Below, piece after piece: positions 1 through 12,939 of a stretch of 64,000 nucleotides of DNA (its first letter is position 1; each line of letters starts with the position of its first letter). This DNA is from Haliotis rufescens. Lineage: Eukaryota. Under the pieces are notes generated by a model, which was not told where the DNA came from, did no database searches, and worked only from the letters and a program-made list of their open reading frames with translations. A program made the translations under genes and the position numbers. The stretch spans positions 27,342,001 through 27,406,000 of the forward strand of contig NW_025963890.1 in NCBI RefSeq assembly GCF_023055435.1. The letters run 5' to 3'.

Positions 1-623
1 GCAGATTGGACTGTGAGCCACTGCTTTCTGGCATTAGACTCTAAGCAAAATCATTGTAATTATATTGTTTTGAAATTTAAGTTGTCCATGCATGTCCAGC
101 GGATTGATAGAATCGAGCCAATTCTACCACCTTTCTAGGTGAATTTAGGGTCACAGTGGTTGGGGTGGGGGGTGGGAGGGGACGTTGTTCCTACCCTCAA
201 CCACCAGAGTATCTTCCCCCACTGACACTCCCACGGCAAACGGTTTGTCCAATTAGTCGGCTTATACGACTAGCAATGCGGTGCTGGGTACACATTCTAC
301 CCTGGATCCTCAAGTGGAAATTTATTGTGAACCTCCAATAGGTGTGGAGTGCCCCGTACCTTCTCAAATGTCTCTTTTTGTTTTGTGGGAATCGGCTTGA
401 ACAGTCTATTTCTGTGATTTGATGTTGGTAGCAGAAAATATGAACAAATATAAAGCCGCTGTACGCATGTAGCCTGGGTTTGTGCGAAATACCACTTCTA
501 TGTACAGAAGTGTCAGTGAATGTTTTGAGTTCCATGGGAAACGTGCTGCTCAGGTGACCACCCGATCCGTCGAATTTCTGAAATTAAAATGTTTCAATTT
601 GTAGAAAAAAGTGTCTGGGTTTT

Positions 624-681
624 GTTGTTGTTGCATTAAGTGTTTAAGAGGTCGCCTTCTGCCTAGGCAATTTCGACTGAC
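624..681 (-). mobile_element. Very short (~58 bp) 3'-end copy of the neighbouring RNase H LINE, inverted
   Basis: Reverse complement of ~1650-1710, including the (CAA)n tail, with 1 mismatch. Flanked by the direct repeat CTGGGTTTT at 615-623 and 682-690. Confidence 0.8.
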
Positions 682-705
682 CTGGGTTTTTCCCGATCGG
701 TCGAA

Positions 706-1710
706 TATATGTTACACATCAACCATGACTACTCACTGGGCCGATATATACACTGATGGATCCAAGAATCCTATCTAACAACAGTGCTGGTTACGGGATC
801 CATATCCACAGCTCCAAACCCCAAGCACATTCAGTTCGCTTGCTTAATGGTCAGTCAGTATTCACGGCTGAATTGGAGGCAATTCATCATGCACTCAACT
901 CATACCGGAACTTCCGGAAGCAAAGGCAGTCGTCCTATCAGACTCGCTAAGTGCACTTCAGGCCATCAGTGGAAGAAACTCAAACTCCAGGCCAAACACA
1001 GTCAACAATATTCTATACGAATATACAAAACTATCGGACCAAGGGCAACAGGTGGAGCTTTGTTTGATCCCCTCTCACATAGATATTCGTGGAAATGAAA
1101 AAGCAGACTCACTGGCGAAGCTAGCTCTAGACAAAGCGGATATACAGCCTATTCCCTTTAGTAAACTAGAGATAAAAAGCAAAAGCAAAGCCTCCATAGC
1201 AGAATGATGGCAAGCCCAATGGGACGCAAGTAAGATCGGCAGATGGCTATACAAAATTCAACCCAAGGTCCATAAAAAGCCAAACTCATACTCAAATGAA
1301 AGGAAAATAGAAATTGCTATCTCACTCGGTCACAAAAAGCACTATGACAAGGTTTGTTCATCTTGCAAACAGACTGAAACCATTGATCACGTGTTACTAG
1401 AATGTCAAGACCATATGTCAAGATCTCCTAAAGCCAAGAGATGCAATAGCAAGGCAAAACTAACTCTATTTCTGAGAGATGGACAGCTACTCGAACGTAT
1501 ATAAACAGAGCAGCCAAGGATAAAAATGAAATCATATCAATATAAGAAAATAGAAATCATATCAATACAAAAGCAGAAATTATGTGAACACCAAACTCAC
1601 AATAGATATGTGTACCCTACTCACACACAGGAGTCCCAAAGAGGGACAGGTCAGCCGAAATTGCCTAGGCAGAAGGCGACCTCTTAAACACTTAATGCAA
1701 CAACAACAAC
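706..1710 (+). mobile_element. 5'-truncated, frameshifted I-group (RNase H-bearing) non-LTR retrotransposon
   Basis: RNase H motifs across frames: DIYTDGSK, SVFTAELEAI, DSLSALQAI, IPSHIDIRGNEKADSLAK. C-terminal CxxC...ETIDHVLLEC knuckle, 3' UTR and (CAA)n tail ending at 1710. Confidence 0.85.
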
Positions 1711-1769
1711 ATAACATTTTACTTATTTCAATTATGGCCAACGTTGCAGTTGAAGTCCGCTATCTTTCC

Positions 1770-2013
1770 AATGGTCGTGGCTCACTATTGCCACCCCAAC
1801 ATATTCAGCTTCATCACACTCGCCAAGAGAGAACAGTCAGTTACTGAGGTAAAGATTGCACAACTTGCAGGTCATCCCCGTGAACCACGACGCCGACGAA
1901 GGTACATTGAGGTCGACGAGCAGATTCGACGGGAAAAGGACAGACTGAGACGTGGTGAGAGAGTCCTCATGGACTATGTTGATCATGTGGCAAACCTTCT
2001 TAGCGTGTGGTGA
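1770..2013 (+). pseudogene. C-terminal remnant of MULE-type transposase
   Basis: HPNIFxFIxLxKxEQ motif followed by a basic RRRRRY segment. Lies inside the TIR pair 553-2614; the catalytic region is absent. Confidence 0.6.
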
Positions 2014-3370
2014 CATTTGTGAATGAAATTTGAGACTGAAACTATGATGTATTTATTGAACATGAATAACGAGTGTTTTAATTGATAAAGATCATTGATG
2101 AACGAAGATCACTTGATAAATATTTATGTTTGTGTATGGATGTTAACATGACTATTGTTAACGTTTTTATGAATAAAGATCATTGATGAATGGAGATTAC
2201 TTGATAAATATTTATATTTGTGATTATTTATTATATTTGTGTATGTATGTTAACGTGGCTATTGTAAACGTTTTTATGAATAAAGATCATGAAAATTGTT
2301 AGTATCATCAAGATAAGCTAAATGTTTGATAATATATATATTGATTATTGATTATGCTGTTATTGCTGTATGTATGTGAAAATGTATTGTTATATCCTTG
2401 TTACAACAGAATATAGAATATGAAATAACCGAGTCCTCGTGTCAGGTCTCATATACTGTCCCTAACAGCGTCAAGTTCCCTATCACCCCCATGAGAAAAA
2501 ATAATGGAATACTCTAACTGCAGACACGTTAAGTAAACACGAATATACTTTCCCGATCCGTAGAATTATTTTACCTACCTTAATTTCAGAATTTCGACGG
2601 ATCGGGTGGACACCGCTGCTCATCACATGCCGAACGCACCAACCAGTGCCTACCAAGACATTAAATCCAAGCCCATTAGAAACCTACTGTCCGCTGTTAT
2701 TAAAAATCGGAAACGATCTCCTGCAACAGTTATGCTTTGTTTGAAAAAATAGGAGAGGCTTTTAGAAAGCTGATCATTTTACAGTCTACATGTTTGTTTG
2801 TTTTGCTATATTTGTTTTGTTATGAATTTCAGAGCAATGCAACGATACTATCACGATGTGACTGTCATTGAGAAGGACTCAAAGCACACGTTAATGATTC
2901 ATGGATAGTCAAGCATGGCGACTCCATGACATTCTCAATAGTATTGAACCTTCTTACACTTACACTCATGGGGCACCTTTGGCAAGAACATCCATACAAC
3001 CTCATGTATGGAACTAAATACCGTTAAACTGTTGGTGGTGAATCAGACGAAGGCTGTAATTTCCCGCAACAGGCTGGCAAGTTGGGATTGTCTTCTGTAA
3101 TATCACATTGCTACGACGATGACACAAGCGATGAATGGATGATATGAAATGGTTGCAGACCAAACCTCCTCTACCCACAAAGAATTCCACCAGCGACATC
3201 TTCAGCGCAATCAAGGTGCTCGACCCTACTGCTTCCACAAAGCCTACGTCAGTCATGCCATGGTTACTGTGTTATTGTTATCCTATGTTGATTTATAGTT
3301 CTAGGAACTGTACACAAAAGACCGGTTAAGCTCTTAATCCCGTGTTTTGTGTGAAGTGTTCATGTTATTG

Positions 3371-3472
3371 GGGCAGTGAGGAGGCCTGGTGGTGAAAGTG
3401 TTCGCTTGTCATGCCAAAAGTCAGTATTCGAATACTGAATCCCCTGATATTGCTGGAATATTGCTAAAAGCC
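3371..3472 (+). mobile_element. Degenerate tRNA-derived SINE fragment
   Basis: A-box-like GGCCTGGTGGTGAAAGTGTTCGC and 3' core GATATTGCTGGAATATTGCTAAAAGC, shared with the SINE at 35457-35604. Confidence 0.55.
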
Positions 3473-3654
3473 ACTTCGTGTTATTGGTGAAAATATTGAA
3501 ACGTTATTGTATTGTTGTTATTCATTGCAATGCGAGAAGAGTGATTAAGTGAGTTTGGTTTAGCACCTCTTTTAATAATATTCCAGTTATATCACCGCAT
3601 GTCAGCTTATTGTGACCGGAAAGCCCGAAGTGATGCAGGTCTTCGACGTTTACC

Positions 3655-4590
3655 ACTTCGACTCTCAGATTAAACCTATTATTTTATATGGTTCAGAGAT
3701 GTGGGGGGTTCATAAATGGTTGTTTCTCGAACGTTTCCAAGCAAAGTTTTGTAAATTTGTTTTGGGTATCGGTTCCAAATCTACAAATGTTGCAGTGCTC
3801 GGAGAGTGTGGTCGATATGGTATTTATATTGATTCTTACACAAGATGTTTAAGATACTGGTTTAAGCTTCTTAATATGTCTCAAGAGAGATTTCCAAAAC
3901 GGGTTTACGATATGTTAGTTAGGTTTGATGCCGCTGGTAGGAATACATGGGTTTCGGCGATTAAGCATATGTTATATTCTCATGGCTTCGGACATGTGTG
4001 GGAATTTCAAGGTGCTGGTGAACCTGAATATTTTATAAGTGAGTTTATACTGAGGGTTAAGGACTGTCATGCACAAACATGGTATTCTGAATTGTCTGGA
4101 TGCTCGAAATTAGAACTGTATTCATTATTTAAGACATCATTATCACTTGAACCGTATCTATTAAATGTATTATCAAAAGAAAAGCGACGTATGCTTACCC
4201 TTTTACGTATTGGAGAACTGGGAATTATGCATAACACAGGAAGGAGGGATGGCATCGATAAGACACTCCGGTTTTGTCCATTGTGCAAGGTAAGGGCAGT
4301 TGAAAATGAAATTCATTTCATTCTTGTTTGCCCTATTTATGAAGATATTCGTTCAAAATATTTCCCATATTTAGACTTCATTACTGGTAATAATCGTAAA
4401 GACACACTGGTTAGAATGTTAAACTCTTCTGATGTAAACCGCCTTGAGAACTTAGCCAATTATGTTAAAAATGCTATCTGTCTTCGTTCTTCTTACCTGT
4501 AAATATTATTTCATGCAGCACTTGATGTGAAACTAATTTGTATACATATGTACGTGGGCCTGAGGCCTTATTACCGAATAAACTGATTGA
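3655..4590 (+). mobile_element. 5'-truncated LINE (CR1/L2-group-like) ORF2 C-terminal region with 3' UTR
   Basis: ORF 3612-4502 carries the post-RT motifs PIILYGSEMWG and NVAVLGECGR and a C-terminal CPLC...ENEIHFILVC zinc knuckle. 3' stem GGCC-TGA-GGCC followed by AATAAA. The RT catalytic core is absent. Confidence 0.85.
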
Positions 4591-4974
4591 CTTTGGTGAA
4601 ACCAACAAGCACGGGTATGGTGCTGACAATAATCGGGTCGAACCCGAATTTGAACCAACAATCATAGGTATCTGGTGTGGTCAAGGGACACAACTCTGCA
4701 CAGCGAATTGCAGCGCCTTAGACAATGCGAGAAGAGTTCTCTTTGGAAAGATGCATGGTGGGAAGAAGGGCTTTCGATTCATCAGTGAGAGAAGATCTCA
4801 CATTAATGTCAAACAATTAGGGCCTGCCTTATTTCTCCTGCCACTACCATGATTTAGGCGTATCAGGTATATGTCCTTCATACTAATGGTGTGTTGACTC
4901 AAGAGAAAGGAACTCGATGTCCCAGATTTCTATAACTGTGGTCAGTTGTGGCTGTGCTTCTACCAAGTCCAGAC

Positions 4975-5135
4975 TAACGCCGATTTATAGTTCTTGCCCA
5001 TTGGGATACCATGCCGCAGTTTAACATGAATACCCCATGCAGACACAGTGTAGCTGCCATATTGCTGAATGCGGCGTTAAACAACAAACCAACCACCCGT
5101 ATACCGACTCCGGGCCGACCAGTCCTTGTTTTTGC
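4975..5135. mobile_element. Fragments of SINEs (central-domain fragment plus a 3' tail fragment)
   Basis: GGATACCATGCCGCAGTTTAACATG recurs inverted at ~15477-15500. The 3' tail ATATTGCTGAATGCGGCGTTAAACAACAAACCAACC (5047-5095) matches the SINE tails elsewhere in the window. Confidence 0.45.
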
Positions 5136-5644
5136 CACGTGATGGCGTAACAACAAATACCATATGTTAACGTCTTTTGTTATGACGCAGAAGGGGATAG
5201 ATAATTTGACGAAACACTTTTACTGTAATACATGTAGACAGTGCAACATGAATTAATGTTGTTTTTCCTCGTTCAAAGACAAACATTTCCCCAATTAAAA
5301 CTTTTTGCACAAGCTTCTTATTAATGTTTTGAAAGACTGCGATTAGTGTTGGTTGCAATAATCATTAACTTCAAAGTGTCAGAAAAAAGTGAGGATGACT
5401 AATCTGAATTCTCAAGAAACATTTATTTTAAATCAAATGAAGACCTTCCAGACACAAAAACCTAATACAGTCATGCCCCGCTTATACGGACTTGAGATAT
5501 CCGGAAACCTCGGTTCCCGGACGATTTTCATTCAAAACGAAATAATTACTATATAAATTTACCCGTATATACGGAAATTCAGTTTCCGGAACCGGACGGT
5601 CATTTTCATACACAAAACACTGAAATGCGCACAAAATTGTCTCA

Positions 5645-5719
5645 CTTCCGCTGGTGGTTATCCTTCCGCTGGTGGTAATCCTTCCGCTGGTGGTAATCCT
5701 TCCGCTGGTGGTAATCCTT
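5645..5719. repeat. 18-bp minisatellite x4 (CTTCCGCTGGTGGTAATC)
   Basis: Four tandem copies read directly, inside the pogo element. Confidence 0.9.
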
Positions 5720-5826
5720 TGATTCGTGAGAAGTCAATTAACCAAGTGACACTGAGTTACGTTTGAGACGAGCTTGTTTATTGTACATGTAATCCCCATC
5801 GATAAATATGGCGTCTGTGGAGGTCA

Positions 5827-7499
5827 CCTGGGAGCCCACATCCAAAACCTAACAACTAAATGCAGTAAAGGCCTAAACACCCTAAGAAGCCTAACTGGCT
5901 CTAACTGGGGAGCATCCAAAGATACTCTCCTCTCTCTCTACATATCACTAATTAGATCAAAACTAGACTACGGCTGCGCCATATACAACACCCTAAACAA
6001 CTCTCTATCTAAAAAACTTGACTCAATACAATATCAGGCTCTCAAACTAATTACACGCACCCAACATGGCACCTCCTACACCTCACTTCAGGCCTTAACA
6101 GGAGAAATGCCACTAAGTCTACGCAGGGAACAGCTAAGCTTAAATTTCTGGGCCGCGTCCCAATCAAACCCTCTCATCCAAAACTTAATAAACCAAAACA
6201 TCAGCCCCAAAAACCAAGCTCTAGCTCGTAAACACCCCTTACTTACCCCAATATCCCAAAGAATAACAAACTACCTAAATGAACACCAAATTAAAAATCT
6301 TAAACAAAACTGCAAACAATCAAATATCTTCACCCCTAAACTTAAAATACCCAAAATAGACACAACACTAGCTAGCCAAATAAATAAACAAACCGACCCA
6401 AACAGAGCTAAAACTACCACACTAGCATACATACACGAAAATTGGCCAAATTGGTGTCACATTTACACGGACGGATCCTCAGATCCGACCTCCAAACACA
6501 CAGGTTTCGGAGTCCATACCACACAACCAACTAAAACCACACAATCCTTCCGACTCCCAAACAACCAATCAATATTCACGGCAGAACTATTGGGCATGGC
6601 CTCAGCCCTCCATAATCAAGAATCCAAAAAACACAAAAAAAATCCTAATACTTACCGACTCCCTAAGTGGACTGCAAGCCCTCCAAAACAAAAATACCAA
6701 AAACCGACCTAAATCAATAAATCAAATACTTATAAGCTCCAACGACCTAACTAAGACAGGCAAACAAATAACCTTCTTGTGGATACCCGCCCACGTAGGA
6801 ATATACGGTAATGAAAACGCCGATAAAGCAGCTAAACTATCCCTCAAAATCCCAGAAATAAGCTTAAACTTACCCATCTCAAAATCAGAAATTAAAACTG
6901 TAAACAAGCAAAAAATCACAAAAAATGGCATAACCTATATCTAAACTCAAATAGCCAAATCAAAAAAGTGCTCAGCAAACCACTAACCAAACCAAAAATT
7001 CTCCATCCATCCAAAAAAATCGACAGAGTAATCACTAAACTCCAAACAGGACACACCAACCTAAATAACCACCTAAAAAAATTAAAAAACACACTACAGG
7101 TAACTGCCAACACTGCAAACAACCAGAAACCCCAGAACACGCACTCATCCACTGCACACACTACCTAACACATCGAACCGCATTACAAACCACCCTCAAT
7201 CCAAACGGAACTAATAAAACGCATCTAAAAACACAATAACCTACCAAATCAAAATCACATAAACAAACAAACATCCACCATACCCAGCTCCCTTAGTTCT
7301 CCTCCCCAATCCCATCGGCATCTATTCCAAATCTCAAAATTCCCAAATTCTATATAAGCAACCCCTAAAACCCCCCTCTTGGGTTGCACAGACCACTTTC
7401 GCCCCTTTCGGAAACACATTAAATGGCCTGGCCAGGGGCCCGTGTGCGAAATACGCATCAGTCGGAAAGCGCACGTTAAATCTCCAAAGTAAGTAAGTA
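5827..7499 (+). mobile_element. 5'-truncated I-group LINE (post-RT region, RNase H, CCHC knuckle) with (AAGT)n tail
   Basis: ORF 5774-6712 has IRSKLDYG, HIYTDGS and SIFTAEL. After a frameshift come DSLSGLQAL and WIPAHVGIYGNENADKAAK, then CxxC..ETPEH..IHC. Tail AAGTAAGTAAGTAA; TSD AGGTCA at 5821-5826 and 7500-7505. Confidence 0.9.
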
Positions 7500-10400
7500 A
7501 GGTCAGAGGTCAAAGTTGTGTAAGTATGGCCTGTCAACCAGCGAAACGTAAGCGACACGCAGTAACAGCGCGCGAAAAAAGGGAAATTTGTCTGTTTAAA
7601 GAAAAACACCCGTCAGCAAGTTTAGAAACCATCAGTAAGCATTATGGCACTGAATTTGGACATACCATAGGAAAATCGACAATTGGTGACAGTTCAAACT
7701 TCCATGACAGACCTTTTGAAACGTGTATGGATAAAGATTGAGCGGATGTATCTGTCATGAGTTGCATAATTGAAGGGAAGTAACTCTTCCAGTAAGAAGC
7801 TGGTTTCAGTTATACGGAAATTCGTTTATACGGATGAATTGTGAAATGACACAAGTGTCCGTATAAACGTAATCTAACTATGTGAGGAAATTAGAATGAC
7901 CTCTATGCATGTGCATATGATGTGAGGGAATGCAAGTGAAAAACAATTGATTCCAAAATAAGGAAAATTAAATACATCTGAATAACGAATTTGATAGATA
8001 GTCCATGGCTGATCACACTCTCGCGACTGGTGATGACAAAATGTAACACATTGAACAACGGAGTAGCTGCAGTTTCATTACATGCACTCTCTTGGGATTT
8101 GTAAACATTGGCTTCAAACAACTACGCTTACGATGAATAATTATAAATAGTTCAAATTGACGCAATTCGTATTTCTAGGGTATTTAAGTAACACATACAT
8201 TATCTTGAAATACATGGTGGAGTGAATACCGCACGTACTTTTGTGGTGATAATGGCTAAAACAGTTACTTTTTACATCACAATTTATTCATTTTAATTCT
8301 TAGTTAAACGTAAAACGTTAAATGTTTGATTATTACGCTATATTGTTGTTTGGATTCAGTATGACACTGTTCAGTCTGGGCTACATAAAAGACAACTGTA
8401 AGTTTCTTTGTTTCCAAATAACATGGCTATGTACACAAATGCATATTGCCAGGTAATTGGTTAGGCATAATACGCCCTAATAAGTTTTCATGTCGACAAG
8501 AGCCATTCCTGTATACGCTGAGGGAGTGTCAGAGCTTATCATTTTTAACATAAGAAAACTAAGTTGTGTTATTAAGCGCTACATCACCCTGTATCAGACC
8601 CCTTGTGGCCAAGGAAGCTATATTTATGTTCTGGTCGTCTTTACATGCGCCATTCTGAATGTTAGGCTACTAGTTCAGTTTGCAATATGGATATGCTAGG
8701 GTGTGAGTGGGTGAGTACACTGTTACAATCAATACACCATAATATACCAGAAACTTTCTTTTCCAATTAGGATATATCTTTTAATAAGATTTTCGAAGAT
8801 AGATCATAAGCAGTTTAATTTTTTTATGGTGTTATTCGCAATAGCTTCATTTCATTCAAAAGACGCTTTGCAATCAGCACGTCCACAGTTGCAGTTTGAT
8901 GAGACGTTCATAAAATGTACCTATAATTAGGTTACGTTTTATATTTGTGCACGTACACATAAATACATGGATTTAAGTGAGTGGTGTCAAGGTAAGTGTT
9001 ACATTTGAGAATGTTGCTTAATACTTCTTTCCTACGGGAGTTAACATTACGTGCCCGGGTTGTGCATCGTTTGAAGGGAAATAACTCTGTATTGCTTACG
9101 ATATCACAGCGATATCTCGTCACATACCAATTGTCTTTGCAAGTACAGGCACATGTTCGGTTATAGGCACACGCTTCGGTGCTTGAAATTTTTAGGCGCA
9201 AATTATGAAACCAAAATCACGAATATTTCGTGAATTTAATGCTGACTCAAGTAAGAGACGCTTCATAAGAAATATTTTGAGATATCAGATATTATATACA
9301 TATTTCCGTTATAGTCTGTACTTGTACTATACCATTTAGACTTCTCCGTACCCCGAAAAAGCTTTTGCGTTAATTTTCCATCTTAATACTAGGGTATTCG
9401 TGCACTTTCATGATTGAAAATACATAATTTTATTTTCAAAAGCTGTCCATTATTTTGAGTGTATAGTACATAAACTAAGCATTGAAAATGAAGAGCATTT
9501 TAATATGGATTGTATTACATGTTCCATACTTGATCAGTGGTACACGGGCCTTCAACAATACGCTTGGAATTGATGGAATGCTAACGGGTCACTCTGCGAT
9601 AATACATATCTGATGGGACATTGCACATGCAATGCCCTTTTACACATACAAAACCATACGCTCTATCTCCACCACAAACCGATTTGTGTCTCTTCGCTTG
9701 ATGAAGCTGAATCTCACTAGTTATTTCTCGAAACCCAGAGGTTGAACTGTCTAGTATAAACAAGGAGACTCTTTGATATCTACTTAGCTGTAAAGACAGG
9801 GAATCCCGTGTTTATGGAGGACAACTTCGAGGGCTTTGGCGTTCTTCTTAGACATGTTTGTCTGTGAATCTACTCCCTCCTTTATTCACCTGTTATGTCT
9901 GATTATCCTCCGCTCAACAAAACTACAGGTGGATTAACTACCCTTTGTTTTCACTTGTCCTAATATTTACCGAGCGTCCGAAGCTGTTGGCAAAGCCGAG
10001 TGAGCGGGTCCCATAGAGTCCGACATTCCCAGCATAGTGCTTCATAAAGCCGCGCTTCCTCCTCCCAACACCAATTTACTCCATCACATGACCAATGCAC
10101 ACATTGCGCATTTATAGCATAAAGATTGTTTATACAGCTTCATATCGTGACGTTGACACCACTACCCTGTAATTGTGAAGTAGTTACAACTCATTCATAT
10201 GAGAGTGCTTGTTTTTTCTAATTTTAGTTATCCCGTGTTTTCTAGGAAACGTTTTATTTACCACAGGTTCTTATTCTGGTGGACAGACCTTGGAATATAT
10301 TTGAAGACTGTAAAAACATGTATTAATATAACCGCTATGCTTATTCTAATTTTACTTTTACTTTTGATATGAAATGTTTTAATATTACCGATAATACAAT

Positions 10401-10961
10401 TATGAATTGGGGCTCACAAGATTTAAGTTCGAATATTTTTTTGTGAAGTCACTCTACAATGATCTACAAACTCTGAATTGTAGATGACTCCATAGCATTG
10501 TCAAGTATTGGTATTTCCTTATTACCCAAGTTACAGCAACTGTATCGACTGTATAAACAATAAAAGTGGACTAACATATAGGTGGTGATCATGCCGTTGT
10601 AAGTGTTGAATGTTACATGACAGGACTTCATACAACATGTCCAGTTGACCCTATCAACTCTTGTTTTTTAACCCGGGATTTATATCCACCATGCACACAC
10701 TAAAATATCCCCGCCTTCACCATTAGGATGTAACAAATTTATTTATAGTCGTGCATTTGCCGTGACTGCACTACCAGTGTGATGCTTGATACGTATAGTG
10801 TGATAGTGTGGGGAGACAGCATGAAACACATAGGAGCAGATTACAAATCATTAAAATCAAATGAACAAATTTCCTGATGGTAAAATAATTCCCATTCCCC
10901 AATGCCCACTGACAGGGTGAGATCATTTCACCTGACGGTCCTCAACTAATACCCCCCCCCT

Positions 10962-10962
<1 letters not shown>

Positions 10963-11007
<45 letters not shown>

Positions 11008-11035
11008 ACACACGCGCACACACATGCACACACAC
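10963..11035. repeat. (CA)n microsatellite preceded by a C run
   Basis: Read directly. Confidence 0.95.
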
Positions 11036-11523
11036 AGTTCCCACTGTTGTGTTACAAGATAAAAAAACAAAGGTGGGCCTAATGGTGGTGGTGGTGTGTG
11101 TGTTTTACACGTTTGGATATGACTAGTTTGTAGCGATGCTTCCCAGACCATATATCTATATCCACTATATCATATAGTGGATATCAGACCATATATCTAT
11201 TTATTTCATTTCAAAGAGACAGTGTTCATACCAGATGAACTGTCTTCACCAGTTATATATTGTGTATTGTAAATTGAAAGGGAGAGGCCAGCTCGCACTT
11301 CTCGAAAAGACATTATTCTTGCTTACCGGCAATGTTTCCGAATAAATATCAAAATACTATCGTTACGATGTTTGTGATCACTTATGTTTTATTGTTCTCT
11401 TCTGCATTTGATGTATAATTACATCGCAGTTAAAATAAACAAGAGAAGGCGACTGATCAAAATGACAAATGTGTCTTATCATGTTACTTGCAGTGTATGG
11501 TGAGGCAAGACCGGGGTGCTATA

Positions 11524-11676
11524 TAGGTTTAACTGGAGCGCGAGGTAACCCCGTGAGATATACGTCGTGTTGGTAACATTTAGGCTTAACTGAAGCGCGA
11601 GGTAACCCCATGAGATATTTTTCGTGCTGGTAATAATTAGGCTTAACTGAAGCGGCAAGTAACGGTTTGAGATATA
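11524..11676. repeat. 57-bp minisatellite, ~2.7 copies
   Basis: Units TAGG(T/C)TTAACTG(G/A)AGCG..AGGTAACCCC.TGAGATAT start at 11524, 11581 and 11638. The third is cut at TA by a Tc1-like end (CACTGAACAGAAAAG). Confidence 0.8.
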
Positions 11677-12508
11677 CACTGAACAGAAAAGTTAGGGATC
11701 ATGATTATTTATTGGTTTAGTTTTTAATAAACCCCTAAATATATATGGAAGAACGAACGGACGATATTCAAACTGTGCCACTGTCTCTGTTATTTTTTTT
11801 AAAATGAATGTTTTGTTCATATATATACTTTTAAAATATGATATGCAAAATGCATGCCTTATCTTACTTCATATCCCAAATCCATATGGCATATAAATTA
11901 CGCACAGTGGTGTAAGTTTGTGTTAAATTCATGAATATTGTCTAAGATAAATTACCTTCATATTCTCAGCACCATACTTCATGCAATGCCTTTGCTTTAT
12001 TGACATGACGTAAACACTGACGGAAAACTTCCACGTCCGTGGGGAAACCCCTAGCTGGAATTCCACAGCACGGATAAATACAGAAGCTTTGTTTCTGATC
12101 ATATGGACACCTTAAACTTGAACTCAGCGGAGTTGACGACAAGGGAAAAAGTCAAAGTGCTTGACTGATGCCCCGGATCGAATACCCCTTCCCTACGACC
12201 AATCCTAGTGAACAAAGTGAAAACATGCACCCCCAAACTATCGACTCGATCCGTGCGTAGACTGGCAACAAGAGTCTTCCAGGTCCGACTTTCATACAGT
12301 TCCTCACTCTATGAAGGTTCATACTCTAGTGAAAGTAAATTCTTAATAACTTAGACGTTTGTGTAAAGAACTTTGTCCCCTTGTCATTTAATTCATATTA
12401 TTTACGAAATCGGCGAGGTTATCATTGTTTAAATATAGCATATAATTAAAACAATGTGCGCTATCTATCATATTGCAAACACTCGGGCATACAATGAAGT
12501 ACCTCTTC

Positions 12509-12748
12509 GGGAGCATCCATTTGATTCGTAGGAGGGGTTCGGTGTTTAGAATAATCCCCAGCTGTATACAATAAAATATTTATTTACTGCGCACCATCAA
12601 ACAAGCTTATCATTTTCACTATTAACACACAGATGTTGACGTTTTGGTATTTTCCACAAAACAACTATTCATTTTGGGCATATTTCTGTACAAAATATTT
12701 ATTGAAAAAAACCACGCCCAGCCCCTGAGAAATTAAATGGGTGTTCCC
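12509..12748. mobile_element. MITE with ~18-bp imperfect TIRs
   Basis: GGGAGCATCCATTTGATT versus the reverse complement of AATTAAATGGGTGTTCCC (GGGAACACCCATTTAATT). AT-rich non-coding interior; TSD not clearly preserved. Confidence 0.55.
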
Positions 12749-12939
12749 TTAATTTTGAATTCTGATCGTCACAATCTGTGCTTTCGTTTATTTCTTTGAC
12801 CACAAGACCTATATCCAAGTTATACGTGTAACAAAGACACTGGGCATGCTGTGACGTTACCACCCACCGACATACATAGGCATAAATCTTAATGGTAACA
12901 AACTTCGCATTACAGGCTGTTTAAGAAGGATGGTCGACC

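Larger units (their letters stand above)
553..2614 (+). mobile_element. Internally deleted Mutator/MULE-like DNA transposon with ~35-bp TIRs and 8-bp TSD
   Basis: Left end GGTGACCACCCGATCCGTCGAATTTCTGAAATTAA (from 553) matches the reverse complement of 2580-2614 with 2 mismatches. Perfect direct repeat GCTGCTCA at 545-552 and 2615-2622. The residual ORF 1744-2013 (HPNIFSFITLAKREQ...RRRRRY) resembles the C-terminal tail of invertebrate MULE transposases. The superfamily call is less certain than the boundaries. Confidence 0.8.
5468..7880 (+). mobile_element. pogo/Tigger-type DNA transposon relic interrupted by a LINE
   Basis: Starts TA|CAGTCATGCCCCGCTTATACGGAC, with repeated subterminal TATACGGA/TCCGGA motifs at both ends and a degenerate inverted end GTCCGTATAAACG at ~7857-7880. 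ORF 7526-7741 (KRKRHAVTAREKREIC...SLETISKHYG...IGKSTIGD) is a CENP-B/pipsqueak-type N-terminal HTH typical of pogo transposases. Confidence 0.75.

Noticed and set aside
624-1710. DIRS-like or novel TIR element encoding RNase H
   Set aside because: The inverted repeats are LINE 3' tails with (CAA)n. The left one has its own TSD and is separated from the RNase H region by MULE subterminal sequence. No tyrosine recombinase is seen.
2830-3330. Possible exon or hAT transposase remnant (DIFSAIKVLDP)
   Set aside because: Stops occur in all frames and there is only one weak motif; not supportable.
5645-5719. Four Chi sites (GCTGGTGG) in tandem
   Set aside because: Chi acts through bacterial RecBCD. 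Here it is one motif multiplied by an 18-bp tandem duplication inside a pogo relic.
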